From the NCBI GenBank assembly GCA_965203175.1, contig OZ241867.1, forward strand, positions 5,344,001 through 5,408,000: DNA of 64,000 bases, in the 5' to 3' direction. Within the stretch, counting starts at the first letter, position 1. Each line of letters opens with the position of its first letter. Below the pieces are notes generated by a model. The model saw nothing but the letters and a program-made list of their open reading frames with translations. It ran no database searches and had not been told where the DNA came from. Source of the DNA: Candidatus Latescibacterota bacterium (GTDB taxonomy: Bacteria; Latescibacterota; UBA2968; UBA8231). Below, in pieces: positions 1 through 10,135 of the stretch. Position numbers and translations under genes: made by a program.

Positions 1-109
1 CGCCTTCGACAGTCGCTGCTGGACAGTTCCTTCGCTGGCCAATGGCCGCCTCTATATGCGCGACGAAAGCGAGATCGTCTGCCTCAACGTGCAAGGAGCG
101 ACCCAATGA
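1..109 (+). CDS. 3' end of an upstream PQQ-like beta-propeller paralogue (partial)
   Basis: Frame 2 reads AFDSRCWTVPSLANGRLYMRDESEIVCLNVQGATQ*, nearly identical to the C-terminus of 106..1323. Its TGA overlaps the next ATG (ATGA). Confidence 0.85.
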   Translation, partial: AFDSRCWTVPSLANGRLYMRDESEIVCLNVQGATQ

Positions 110-1323
110 ACATCGCGTGCAACGCCCTGTTAGCCCTCGTCTTATACGCCTTTCCAACCTTGGCCCAAGACTGGCCGCAATGGCTCGGCCCCGACCGCAA
201 CGGCATCTCGCCGGAGACCGGCCTGTTCGGCGACGAGCCGTCTTTTACAGAGTCTTGGCGCGTCCAAGGCGGGAAGGGCTTTTCCGGCTTGTCCATCGTC
301 GGCGATCGCATCTATACGATGTACATCCACAGCGGAGATGAATACGCGGTCTGCCTCGACGCCAGCAACGGCGAAGTGATATGGCGCACCCGCACCGATA
401 GGATGTTAGAGGAACGACAGGGCGGCGACGGTCCGCGCGCTACGCCTACTGTTGACGACGGGATGGTCTATGTCTTCAGCGCCTACGGCAAACTCCACGC
501 TCTCGATAGCCAGACCGGCACCCAACAATGGAGCCACGACCTAGTCAGCGAATTCGGCATCAAGAAACCTAACTGGGGTTTTTGCGCGTCGCCACTAGTC
601 GAGGGAGACCTCGTCTTGATTGAGGCTGGTGGCAAGCGTGGCCATTCGCTGATGGCCTTTGATAAAACTAGCGGCGAGGTCGTCTGGGCCACTGGCAGCG
701 ACAAGACGGGATACTCCTCTCCCATCACCACCACCATCGGCCAAACGCGCCAAGCGGTGTTTTTCACTGGCTACGGGCTGATCTCGGTCGCGCCGCGACA
801 CGGCCGGGTGCTGTGGAGACACCCCTGGAAGACCAGCCACGACATCAACATCGCTACCCCGGTTTTCATCCCGCCTAACCGCTTCTTTATCTCCTCCGAC
901 TACGGCACGGGTGGCTCCGTGGTAGAGATCTCCCCCACAGACCGCGGCTATGCGGTGGCGGAGGTCTGGCGCAACAAAAAGATGAAAAACCACTTCGCTA
1001 CCTCCATCCACTACCAAGACCACCTCTACGGTTTCGACAGCTCGATCCTCAAATGCCTCGACGCCAGCAACGGCGAGGAAAAGTGGAAGACCCGAGGCTA
1101 CGCCAAGGGCACCCTGATCGTCGCCGACGGCCACCTTATCCTATTGGGCGAACAAGGCAATCTCGGCATAGCCGAAGCCACGCCTGAGGGCTTCGTCGAA
1201 AAGGCCAGCTACCCCGCCTTCAACAGCCGCTGCTGGACGGCCCCTTCGCTGGCCAATGGCCGCCTCTATATGCGCGACGAAAGCGAGATCGTCTGCCTCA
1301 ACGTGCAAGGAGCGACCCAATGA
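106..1323 (+). CDS. Exported PQQ-binding-like (BamB-like) beta-propeller protein
   Basis: Signal peptide followed by DWPQWLGPDRNG; repeated A/CLDAxxGExxW propeller motifs. Confidence 0.9.
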   Translation: MNIACNALLALVLYAFPTLAQDWPQWLGPDRNGISPETGLFGDEPSFTESWRVQGGKGFSGLSIVGDRIYTMYIHSGDEYAVCLDASNGEVIWRTRTDRMLEERQGGDGPRATPTVDDGMVYVFSAYGKLHALDSQTGTQQWSHDLVSEFGIKKPNWGFCASPLVEGDLVLIEAGGKRGHSLMAFDKTSGEVVWATGSDKTGYSSPITTTIGQTRQAVFFTGYGLISVAPRHGRVLWRHPWKTSHDINIATPVFIPPNRFFISSDYGTGGSVVEISPTDRGYAVAEVWRNKKMKNHFATSIHYQDHLYGFDSSILKCLDASNGEEKWKTRGYAKGTLIVADGHLILLGEQGNLGIAEATPEGFVEKASYPAFNSRCWTAPSLANGRLYMRDESEIVCLNVQGATQ

Positions 1324-2561
1324 GTATCGCACGCAACGCCCTGTTAGTCCTCGTCTTATGCGCCTTTCCAGCCTTGGCCCAGGATTGGTCGCGCTGGCAA
1401 TCGACAGGCTGGCCGCAATGGCTCGGTCCCGACCGCAACGGCATCTCGCCGGAGACCGGCTTGTTCGGCGACGTGCCATCGTTTGAAGAATCCTGGCGCG
1501 TCCAAGGCGGAAAGGGCTTTTCCGGTCTAGCCATCGTCGGCAATCGCATCTATACGATGTACATCCACAGCGGGGATGAATACGCGGTCTGCCTCGACGC
1601 CAGTAATGGCGAAGTGCTTTGGCGCACCCGCACCGACCACAATCTCCCGGAACGGCAGGGCGGCGACGGTCCGCGTGCCACCCCCACCGTGGACGACGGG
1701 ATGGTCTACGTCTCTAGCGCCTATGGCAAACTCTATGCGCTCGACAGCCAGACCGGCTCGCAAAAATGGAGCCACGACCTAGTGCGCGAATTCGGCAGCA
1801 AGAAGCCCCGCTGGGGTTTTTGCCCATCGCCCCTAGTCGCAGGAGACCTAGTCCTAATCGAAGCCGGCGGTACGGGCGGTCATTCGCTGATAGCCTTTGA
1901 CAAAACCAGCGGCGACATCGCCTGGAAAACCGGCAGCGACAGGCTGGGCTACTCCTCTCCTATCACCGCCACCATAGGCCAAACGCACCAAGCGGTGTTT
2001 TTTACCGGCAACGGGCTGATCGCGGTCGCGCCACAACACGGCCAGATCCTGTGGAAACACTCCTGGACGACTAGGCACAACGTCAACGCCGCTACCCCGG
2101 TTTTCATCCCACCCAATCGCTTCTTTATCTCCTCCGGCTACGGCACGGGTGCCAGTGTGGTGGAGGTCTCCGCTACAGATCGCGGTTATAGTGTGAAGGA
2201 GGTCTGGCGCAACAAAGAGATGGAAAATCACTTCGCCACTTCCATCTACTATCAAGGCCACCTCTACGGCTTTGACGGCTCGATCCTCAAATGTCTCGAC
2301 GCCGAGACCGGCGCGGAAAAGTGGAAGGCCCGAGGCTACGGCAAGGGCACCTTGATCGTCGCCGACGGCCATCTCATCCTGTTGGGCGAACAAGGCAACC
2401 TCGGCATAGCCGAAGCCACGCCTAAAGGCTTTGTCGAAAAGGCCAACACCCAAGTCCTCCGCAGCAAATGCTGGACCACCCCCTCACTCGCCGATGGCCG
2501 AATTTACCTCCGCAACGATAAGGAAATCGTCCGCATAGACGTGGTGGGGACAGCCCAATGA
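1320..2561 (+). CDS. Exported PQQ-binding-like beta-propeller protein, tandem paralogue
   Basis: Colinear and highly similar to 106..1323; ATGA overlap. Confidence 0.9.
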   Translation: MSIARNALLVLVLCAFPALAQDWSRWQSTGWPQWLGPDRNGISPETGLFGDVPSFEESWRVQGGKGFSGLAIVGNRIYTMYIHSGDEYAVCLDASNGEVLWRTRTDHNLPERQGGDGPRATPTVDDGMVYVSSAYGKLYALDSQTGSQKWSHDLVREFGSKKPRWGFCPSPLVAGDLVLIEAGGTGGHSLIAFDKTSGDIAWKTGSDRLGYSSPITATIGQTHQAVFFTGNGLIAVAPQHGQILWKHSWTTRHNVNAATPVFIPPNRFFISSGYGTGASVVEVSATDRGYSVKEVWRNKEMENHFATSIYYQGHLYGFDGSILKCLDAETGAEKWKARGYGKGTLIVADGHLILLGEQGNLGIAEATPKGFVEKANTQVLRSKCWTTPSLADGRIYLRNDKEIVRIDVVGTAQ

Positions 2562-3802
2562 TTATCGCGCGCACCGCCCTGTTCGCCCTCGTCTTAGGCA
2601 CCCCGCCAGCCTTGGCCCAAGATTGGTCGCACTGGCAATGGACGGGCTGGCCGCAATGGCTTGGCCCCCACCGCAACGGAATCTCGCCGGAGACGGGTCT
2701 GTTCGGCAAAGCGCCCTCTTTTAGAGAGTCCTGGCGCGTCCATGCCGGGCAGGGCTCTTCCGGCCTGTCCATAGTCGGGGATCGCCTCTATACAATGTAC
2801 ATCCACAGTGGAGATGAATACGCAGTCTGTCTCGACGCCCGCAATGGCGAAGTGATATGGCGCACCCGCACCACCGGCCACGGTCCCTCGGCAAGGCGAG
2901 GCGGCAGTCCGCGTGCCACCCCCACGGTTGACGGCAAGATGGTCTACGTCTTCAGCGCCCATGGCGAACTCCACGCGCTCGACAGCCAGTTCGGCACCCA
3001 ACGATGGAGCCGCGATATAATGCTCGAATTCGACAGTGAGGGTCCCGGTCGAAGCTTTGCAGCGTCGCCGCTAGTCGAGAGGAACCTCGTCTTAATCGAA
3101 GCAGGCAGTAAGAGTGGCCATTCGCTGCTGGCCTTTGACAAAACTAGCGGCGAGGTCGCCTGGACCGCTGGCAGCGACGAGAGGGGCTATTCCTCTCCCA
3201 TCATCGCCACCATCGGCCAAACGCGCCAAGCGGTATTTTTCACCGCCTACGGGCTGATCGCGGTTGCGCCGCAAAAAGGCCGGGTGCTGTGGAAATATCC
3301 CTGGATAAGCAGACAACACATCAACGCTGTCACCCCGGTTTTTATTCCACCCAATCGCTTCTTTATCTCCTCCGGCTCCGGCATGGGCGGCGCTGTGGTG
3401 GAAGTCACCTCCACAGATAAGGGCTATGAAGTGGCGGAGATCTGGCGCAATAATAACATGCAAAACCACACCACCACCTCAATCTACTACCAAGGGCACC
3501 TCTACGGTTTTGACGGCTCGGTCCTCAAATGCCTCGACGCCGAGACTGGCGCGGAAAAGTGGCAGACTCGGGGCTATGGCATGGGTGCCCTGATCGTCGC
3601 CGATGGCCACCTCGTCATCTTGGGTGAACGCTGCAATCTCGGAATAGCCGAAGCCACGCCCGCTGGCTTCGGCGAAAAAGCCAACATCTCAGTCTTCTTC
3701 CACAGCATATGCGAGACCGTCCCCTCGCTCGTCAACGGTCAGATCTACCTCCGCGACAATAAAGAAATCGTCGGCATAAACATAGTGGGGGCAACTCAAT
3801 GA
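2558..3802 (+). CDS. Exported PQQ-binding-like beta-propeller protein, more divergent tandem paralogue
   Basis: Same architecture (WPQWLGPHRNG, CLDAxxG repeats); ATGA overlap. Confidence 0.9.
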   Translation: MIIARTALFALVLGTPPALAQDWSHWQWTGWPQWLGPHRNGISPETGLFGKAPSFRESWRVHAGQGSSGLSIVGDRLYTMYIHSGDEYAVCLDARNGEVIWRTRTTGHGPSARRGGSPRATPTVDGKMVYVFSAHGELHALDSQFGTQRWSRDIMLEFDSEGPGRSFAASPLVERNLVLIEAGSKSGHSLLAFDKTSGEVAWTAGSDERGYSSPIIATIGQTRQAVFFTAYGLIAVAPQKGRVLWKYPWISRQHINAVTPVFIPPNRFFISSGSGMGGAVVEVTSTDKGYEVAEIWRNNNMQNHTTTSIYYQGHLYGFDGSVLKCLDAETGAEKWQTRGYGMGALIVADGHLVILGERCNLGIAEATPAGFGEKANISVFFHSICETVPSLVNGQIYLRDNKEIVGINIVGATQ

Positions 3803-5934
3803 GAAATCTGTACGGCGCGCTGCTATTTTTTGCCTTGTCGCTAACGGCACCCCTCGCCCTCGCCCAGAGCGCCGACGACTCACTCCACGTCGTCGACGAG
3901 ACCATTGTCACCGGCTCGCGACTGGCCATCCCCCGCGCCAACGCCATCGCCACCAAAATGCCACTGCCCCTGCGCAAGACTCCCTTGAGCGTCGGTATCG
4001 TCCCCCAAGCCCTGATCGAAACGCAGGACGGCGCAACGCTCAGCGACGCACTGGCCAATGTCAGCGGCGTCGGCGTCCACACCAATTTCGGCGTCCACGA
4101 CCTGTTCTACCTGCGCGGCTTCGACTCGCTCGCCAACGGCTTGGTACTCTCCGACGGAGTCCCTGAACCCGAAGCGACCTTCTATCAACTCTACAATGTT
4201 GACCGCGTCGAGGCCCTCAAAGGCCCCGGTGCCTTCCTCTACGGCGGCAACCCCCTGTCGGGCACCATCAACCTCGTCCGCAAACGGCCAGACCCGGTGA
4301 ACGACTTTGCCCGCGTCAACGCTTCCCTAGGGAGTTTCTCCACCTACCGCGCCACCTTCGACGCCAGCCGCGCCCTACCCGACCAGAGCCTCGCCCTGCG
4401 TCTCAACGCCCTGTGGCAAGACGCGGAAGGCTACCGCGACGACAAAAACAGCTCGATTCTCGCCGTAAACCCAACGCTGCGGCTGAACCTCGGCGAGCGC
4501 TCGACGCTGCACCTCGACTTCGAGTACTTGACGAGCGAACATAGCTCCGACTCGGGGCTGCCCATCGTCGGCGGCGCACTGCCCGATGTGCCGCGCACTC
4601 GCTCATACCAGTCGCCCTTTGACCTTTCCGAACAGACCATCGTGCGCTTGCGCGCTGATTACGAATGGCATTTAGCGTCTAATTTCACTTTGCGCGACAA
4701 ACTCTACTACACCAGCCTCGACTGGCCCTCGCAGGGGACCCTCTTCAATGGGGCTTTTCCCAACGCGGCCGGTTCGCTGGACCTCGCCCGCACGCTGCTC
4801 GACCTCGACGACCAGCAGCGGATCGTCGGCAACCAACTCGAAGGCCTGCTGGAATTGCAAACCGGCGGAATCGAGCACCAACTCCTCTTTGGCTTTGAAG
4901 TCGCCCGCCTCGCAGATGACTTCACCCTCGACGTGGCGTTGCTTTCGTTCGTCGATCTGTTCACACTCGACGCGACGTTGCCGCCGAGTTTGGCCCCCTT
5001 CATGCCAGCAGAAGCCGGGACCGATTCCCTCGTGGTCCCCCTGCCTGACCAAGCGACGGCCGCCCAAGCGACCGCACAATCCCTCGCACCCTACTTTGTC
5101 GACCGCATAATTTTCAGCCCCCACTTCGAGCTACTGCTCGGGGGCCGCTTCGACCGGATCGATTACGAGGACGACCTCACTGCCACCAAGCGCGATTACC
5201 GGCAGCTAAGCCCGATGCTCGGCGCGATCTTCGCCCCCACGCAGACCTTCTCGCTCTACGCCAATACAGGCCGCGCCTTTGCCCCGCCTTCCTCTCAAGT
5301 CGTCGGCGACCGCGAACCCGAGGAAAGCACCCAGTACGAAATCGGAGCCAAAGCCGCGCTACTCGACGGCAACCTCAGCGCCAACCTCGCCGTCTTTAAC
5401 CTCGACAAAGAGCATATCGCCATCCCGGATGACAACGGGGTCACCCAGCAGCTCGGCGACCAGCGCACCCGGGGCTTGGAGTTGGAACTAGCAGCGCGTC
5501 TGGCCCAAGGATGGTACGCCCAAGGCACCTATGCCTTTTTAGACGCCGAACTGACGCGCTTCAACGAAGCCGTATTGGTCCCCACCGCCGACGGCTTCGT
5601 CCCCCTAATTTTCGACCGCACGGGCAATGTGCCAGCCTTCGCGCCCGAACACCTTTTGACGTTGTGGGCCGCCCGCGACTTGGGCGAAAACCTCACCTTG
5701 GCCGCTGGCATTCGCTACGTCGGCAGCCAGTTCGTCGCCGAGGACAATGTCTATGAGATCGACGGCGCGCTGACACTCGACTGCGGGCTGACCTACCGTC
5801 AGGGTCCGGCCCTCTTGCGGATAAACCTCAAGAACGCAACCAACAGCGAATACGAGACCCGGGGATTCGGTGCCTACTCGGTCATCCCGGCTGCCCCTTT
5901 CTCCTTCAAAGCGACCCTAGGTTATTCGCTGTGA
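3799..5934 (+). CDS. TonB-dependent receptor (siderophore-receptor-like)
   Basis: Signal peptide, TonB-box-like ETIVT, plug motif RVEALKGPGAFLYG..GTINLV, terminal NLKNATN..Y and final beta strand. Confidence 0.92.
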   Translation: MRNLYGALLFFALSLTAPLALAQSADDSLHVVDETIVTGSRLAIPRANAIATKMPLPLRKTPLSVGIVPQALIETQDGATLSDALANVSGVGVHTNFGVHDLFYLRGFDSLANGLVLSDGVPEPEATFYQLYNVDRVEALKGPGAFLYGGNPLSGTINLVRKRPDPVNDFARVNASLGSFSTYRATFDASRALPDQSLALRLNALWQDAEGYRDDKNSSILAVNPTLRLNLGERSTLHLDFEYLTSEHSSDSGLPIVGGALPDVPRTRSYQSPFDLSEQTIVRLRADYEWHLASNFTLRDKLYYTSLDWPSQGTLFNGAFPNAAGSLDLARTLLDLDDQQRIVGNQLEGLLELQTGGIEHQLLFGFEVARLADDFTLDVALLSFVDLFTLDATLPPSLAPFMPAEAGTDSLVVPLPDQATAAQATAQSLAPYFVDRIIFSPHFELLLGGRFDRIDYEDDLTATKRDYRQLSPMLGAIFAPTQTFSLYANTGRAFAPPSSQVVGDREPEESTQYEIGAKAALLDGNLSANLAVFNLDKEHIAIPDDNGVTQQLGDQRTRGLELELAARLAQGWYAQGTYAFLDAELTRFNEAVLVPTADGFVPLIFDRTGNVPAFAPEHLLTLWAARDLGENLTLAAGIRYVGSQFVAEDNVYEIDGALTLDCGLTYRQGPALLRINLKNATNSEYETRGFGAYSVIPAAPFSFKATLGYSL

Positions 5935-7208
5935 ACAACTGCGAACATCTCAGCCGCGACGCGCTGGCGGAGCATCAACTCAACCGCCTGCATACCCTAC
6001 TAGACTCTGTGCTGGCGACGAACGCATTTTACCGCCAGAAACTCAACGCAGCCGGTATCACGCAGGCCGAGGACATCGCCCAACTCGACGACTTAGGCCG
6101 CCTCCCCTTCACCACCCGCGCCGAACTGTCTGCCGACCAAGTCGCCCATCCCCCCTATGGCACGAACCTCACCTATCCGCCCAAATGCTACACCCGCATC
6201 CACCAGACCTCCGGCACCACCGGTCAGCGACTGCGTTGGCTCGACACGGCTGAAAGCTGGGACTGGTGGGGCCGCTGCTGGGCCCAGGTCTATCGCGCCG
6301 CGGGCGTCGACGACCGCGACCGCATCTTCTTCGCCTTCTCCTTTGGCCCCTTCATCGGCTTCTGGAGCGGACACCAAGGAGCCAGCCACATCGGCGCGCT
6401 GATCGTCCCCGGCGGCGGCATGTCTTCGGCGCAGCGCCTAGACGCCATCATCGAAAACGAAATCACCGTCCTCGTCTGTACACCGACGTATGCCTTGCAC
6501 CTAGGAGAAGTCGCCCGCGAGCGCGGCCTCGACCTCGCCGCCAGCAGCGTACACACCACCATCCACGCGGGCGAGCCAGGCGCAAATCTCCCCGCTACCC
6601 GTGCCCAACTCGAGCGCACTTGGGGTGCCCGCTGCTTCGATCACGCCGGAGCCACCGAGGTCGGCGCTTGGGGTTTTGACTGCCGCGAACAGGCTGGCTT
6701 GCACCTCAACGAGGGCGAGTTCATCTGCGAGATCGTCGATCCGCAAAGCGATGCACCAGCCGATGAAGGCGAACTGGTCATCACCAATCTCGGCCGCACG
6801 GGCATGCCGGTTATCCGTTATCGCACCGGCGACCGCGTCGCCCTCAATCGCACGCCCTGCGACTGTGGCCGCACCTTCCAGCGGCTCCAAGGCGGCGTCA
6901 TCGGCCGCCTCGACGACGCCTTGCTCATCCGCGGCGTGGTCGTCTATCCCAGCGCCATCGAAAACGTCGTGCGCCAGTTCCCCGCAATCACCGAATTCGC
7001 CGTTGACGTCCACCGGCGCAAAGCACTGGACGAGTTGGAGGTGCGCCTAGAACTCAACGGCAATGCCAACGACACCGCCGACCAAGTAGCACGCGCCCTC
7101 GCCCACCGGCTCGGCCTGCGCGCCGACATCCAAATCGCCGCGCCGAACACCCTGCCGCGCTTTGAACTCAAAGCCCAGCGCTTCACCGATCACAGGAGCA
7201 ACCCGTGA
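5931..7208 (+). CDS. Phenylacetate-CoA ligase family (aryl-CoA ligase)
   Basis: HQTSGTTG P-loop, HAGEPG, DHAGATEVG and RYRTGD motifs; GTG start overlapping the upstream stop. Confidence 0.88.
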   Translation: MNNCEHLSRDALAEHQLNRLHTLLDSVLATNAFYRQKLNAAGITQAEDIAQLDDLGRLPFTTRAELSADQVAHPPYGTNLTYPPKCYTRIHQTSGTTGQRLRWLDTAESWDWWGRCWAQVYRAAGVDDRDRIFFAFSFGPFIGFWSGHQGASHIGALIVPGGGMSSAQRLDAIIENEITVLVCTPTYALHLGEVARERGLDLAASSVHTTIHAGEPGANLPATRAQLERTWGARCFDHAGATEVGAWGFDCREQAGLHLNEGEFICEIVDPQSDAPADEGELVITNLGRTGMPVIRYRTGDRVALNRTPCDCGRTFQRLQGGVIGRLDDALLIRGVVVYPSAIENVVRQFPAITEFAVDVHRRKALDELEVRLELNGNANDTADQVARALAHRLGLRADIQIAAPNTLPRFELKAQRFTDHRSNP

Positions 7209-8461
7209 GCGACGTCATCGTCATCGGCGGCGGTCCCGCTGGCAGCACCGCAGCCGCCCTCGTCGCCGAAACCGGCCGCCAAGTCCGGCTCTTCGAGCGG
7301 GAGCAATTCCCCCGCTTCACAATCGGCGAGTCTCTGATGCCGGAGACCTATTGGACCTTCAAACGGCTCGGCGTGCTCGACCGACTCAGAGACAGCGCCT
7401 TCCCCCGCAAGCACAGCGTGCAGTTTTTCGGCAAGTCGGGTCGCGGCTCAACGCCCTTTTACTTTTCGGACACCAACCCCCACGAAAGCGCAATAACTTG
7501 GCAGGTCTTGCGCGGCCCATTCGACGCGATGCTCCTCGACAACGCCCGCGCCAAAGGTGCCCAAGTACATCAGGGTGCCCGGGTACTCGAAGTGCTGTTC
7601 GAGGGAGACCGCGCCACCGGCGTGCGCGCCAAACTCGCCGACGGCCAAACCCGCGATTTTGCCGCACAAGTCGTCGTCGATGCCACCGGCCAGAGCACGC
7701 TGATCGGCCGCAAGCTCAAGCTGACCCAACCCGAGCCCGAACTGAAGAAGGCATCGATCTACACCCACTATCGCGGCGGCCAGCGCGACGAGGGCATCGA
7801 CGAAGGCGCGACCTTGATCCTCCACACCGAGAACCGGGACTCTTGGTTCTGGTACATCCCCCTGCCCGACGACAAGGTCAGCGTCGGCGTGGTCGGCGCG
7901 ATCTCCTACTTGGTCCAAGGCCGCCGCGAAGACGCACAGACCATTTTCGATCAAGAGCTGGCCAAGTGCCGACCCATGCAGGAGCGCCTGCAAAACGCCG
8001 AGCAACTCTTTCCGGTCAAAACCACCAAGGACTTTTCCTATCGCGCCAGCCGCATCGCCGGCGAGGGCTGGGTACTGGTCGGCGATGCGTTCTGTTTTCT
8101 CGACCCGATGTACTCCTCGGGTGTGTACCTAGCCCTCAAATCCGGCGAGATGGCCGCCGACGCCATTGCCGAGGCGTTTGCCAAAGGCGACTTTTCTGCC
8201 GAGCAATTGGGCGGTTTCGGTCCCGAACTAGTGCGCGGCATGGAAGCGGTGCGCAAAATGGTGTACGCTTTCTACTCCAAGGACTTCAGCTTCGCCGAAT
8301 TCCTCAAACGCCATCCCGAATGCAAACAGGGGGTCATCGACGTCCTCAGCGGCAACCTCTTCAGCGAACGCGTCGATCCCATTTTCGGGCCGATGAGCGA
8401 GGTGTGCGAGATGCCCGCCGCCGTCCCCTTAACCCCACAACCTTCAGGAGCAACACCGTGA
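7205..8461 (+). CDS. FAD-dependent oxidoreductase, flavin-dependent halogenase family
   Basis: GGGPAGS FAD motif, ERExFPRFxIGESL, Lys in FPRKHS, WxWxIP motif (WFWYIP), GDAFCFLDPMYSSGV. Confidence 0.82.
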   Translation: MSDVIVIGGGPAGSTAAALVAETGRQVRLFEREQFPRFTIGESLMPETYWTFKRLGVLDRLRDSAFPRKHSVQFFGKSGRGSTPFYFSDTNPHESAITWQVLRGPFDAMLLDNARAKGAQVHQGARVLEVLFEGDRATGVRAKLADGQTRDFAAQVVVDATGQSTLIGRKLKLTQPEPELKKASIYTHYRGGQRDEGIDEGATLILHTENRDSWFWYIPLPDDKVSVGVVGAISYLVQGRREDAQTIFDQELAKCRPMQERLQNAEQLFPVKTTKDFSYRASRIAGEGWVLVGDAFCFLDPMYSSGVYLALKSGEMAADAIAEAFAKGDFSAEQLGGFGPELVRGMEAVRKMVYAFYSKDFSFAEFLKRHPECKQGVIDVLSGNLFSERVDPIFGPMSEVCEMPAAVPLTPQPSGATP

Positions 8462-8682
8462 ACGCCACCGTCCGTCGGCTCCTCTACTTGGGGCTTTTCG
8501 TCCTCTATCTCCTGCATAACGACCTCTGGCTCTGGAACGATCCGCGCATCGTCTTGGGGCTGCCCATCGGCTTGCTCTACCATATCGGCTTCTGCGTGGC
8601 CGCTACCGGGCTGATGATCTTGCTGGTCAACTACGCTTGGCCGTCCGAGTTAGACGCAGAGGACGAGGAGCAAGCCGCATGA
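8458..8682 (+). CDS. Small two-TM partner of the sodium:solute symporter (DUF3311-like)
   Basis: GTG start overlapping the upstream stop; LHNDLWLW...LGLPIGLLYH pattern; lies directly before the SSS gene. It is the real 3' part of the 7162..8682 ORF. Confidence 0.8.
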   Translation: MNATVRRLLYLGLFVLYLLHNDLWLWNDPRIVLGLPIGLLYHIGFCVAATGLMILLVNYAWPSELDAEDEEQAA

Positions 8683-10133
8683 CCACGATCATCATCTTAT
8701 GCTACCTCGGCCTAGTACTCTGCATCGGCGTCCTCTCCAATCGCTTCTTTCGCGGCACCGGCGAGGACTACTTCGTCGCCAGCCGCTCCATCGGTCCCTT
8801 CCTGCTGCTGATGTCGCTGTTTGGCACCAACATGACCGCGTTCGCCATTTTGGGAGCCTCCGGCGAAGCCTATCACACGGGTATCGGCGTCTTCGCCCTG
8901 ATGCCTTCGGGCGCGGCCCTGATTATTCCCACCGTCTTCTTCTTCATCGGCACCCGCGTCTGGGCACTCGGCAAGCGCCACAACCTCCTCACGCAGGTCC
9001 AGTACTTCCGCCGCCGCTGGGACTCCGACGGCTTGGGGCTCCTGCTCTTCGTCGTCATGATCGCGCTGCTGATACCCTACCTGCTCATCGGCGTCATGGG
9101 CGGCGGCATCACCCTCGCTCAAGTCACCAAGGGGCAGATTCCCCAGTGGGCCGGCGGCCTGCTGGTCTGCTTGGTGGTGCTGGCCTACGTCAGCTTCGGT
9201 GGCATGCGTGGCACCGCCTGGGCCAACGCCTTCCAAACGCTGGTTTTTATGATCCTCGGCGGCGTGACCTTCTTCGTCATCGTCGATAAGCTGGGTGGGC
9301 TAGACAGCGCGCTAGCGCAAGTCGCGGCCGCGCACCCCGAGCTGCTGATCAAAGGGGACAATATCAGTCCAATCAAACTGTTGACCTACACCTGCATCCC
9401 GCTGTCAGTGGGCATGTTCCCCCACCTCTTCACCCATTGGCTGACCGCTAAAAGTGCCCGCACCTTTCGCTATCCGCTGATGTTCTACCCTCTGTGCATC
9501 GCCATCGTCTGGATCCCCAGCGTGCTCTTGGGAATCTTCGGCAGCATTGACTTCCCCGGTCTCAAGGGAGCAGCCGCCAACTCCGTGCTAGTCAAGATGA
9601 TCGACCTACACGCCCCTGGTGCCCTAGCCGGCCTGCTCGCCGCCGGGGTCTTTGCCGCCATCATGTCGTCGCTCGACTCGCAGGTGCTGTCCATCAGCAA
9701 CATGTTCACCCAAGATGTCGTCCGCCACTACCGCAAAGGCGACGAGTTAAGCGAAAAGGCCCAAGTCCTGTGGGGCCGCCTCTTCGTGATCGCCATCTTC
9801 GCCGTTACCTACGTGCTCTCGCTGGTCTCAGCCCGCAGCATCTTCACCCTCGCCGTCTGGTCCTTCACCGGCTTTGCAGCGCTCTTCCCGGTAGTCGTCG
9901 CCGCCCTGTTCTGGAAGCGCAGCACCAAGTACGGTGCCTTTGCCTCCGTGCTCACCGTGGCCGCGCTGTGGTGCTATTTCTTCTTTCAGGGGTGGAAAAT
10001 CCCCGGCTATACGGTCGGCATGACCGGGGTAATGCCGGTGGTAGTGATCCTCGCCGCTTCTGCCGTAGCCATGGTCGTCGGCTCACTGCTGACCAAGCCA
10101 CCGGCCAAAAGCACCGTCGATAAATTCTTCTAG
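8679..10133 (+). CDS. Sodium:solute symporter (SSS) family
   Basis: EDYFVASRSIG, GGMRGTAW and AAIMSSLDS motifs; many TM segments; ATGA overlap at 8679. Confidence 0.92.
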   Translation: MTTIIILCYLGLVLCIGVLSNRFFRGTGEDYFVASRSIGPFLLLMSLFGTNMTAFAILGASGEAYHTGIGVFALMPSGAALIIPTVFFFIGTRVWALGKRHNLLTQVQYFRRRWDSDGLGLLLFVVMIALLIPYLLIGVMGGGITLAQVTKGQIPQWAGGLLVCLVVLAYVSFGGMRGTAWANAFQTLVFMILGGVTFFVIVDKLGGLDSALAQVAAAHPELLIKGDNISPIKLLTYTCIPLSVGMFPHLFTHWLTAKSARTFRYPLMFYPLCIAIVWIPSVLLGIFGSIDFPGLKGAAANSVLVKMIDLHAPGALAGLLAAGVFAAIMSSLDSQVLSISNMFTQDVVRHYRKGDELSEKAQVLWGRLFVIAIFAVTYVLSLVSARSIFTLAVWSFTGFAALFPVVVAALFWKRSTKYGAFASVLTVAALWCYFFFQGWKIPGYTVGMTGVMPVVVILAASAVAMVVGSLLTKPPAKSTVDKFF

Positions 10134-10135
10134 CG

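Noticed and set aside
1-3802. Diversity-generating retroelement behind the propeller variation
   Set aside because: No reverse transcriptase and no TR/VR pair in the window; differences are not confined to adenines and span whole genes.
7162-8457. 506-aa ORF 7162..8682
   Set aside because: The Arg-rich N-terminal part is an alternative frame of the halogenase gene; only 8458..8682 looks like a real protein.
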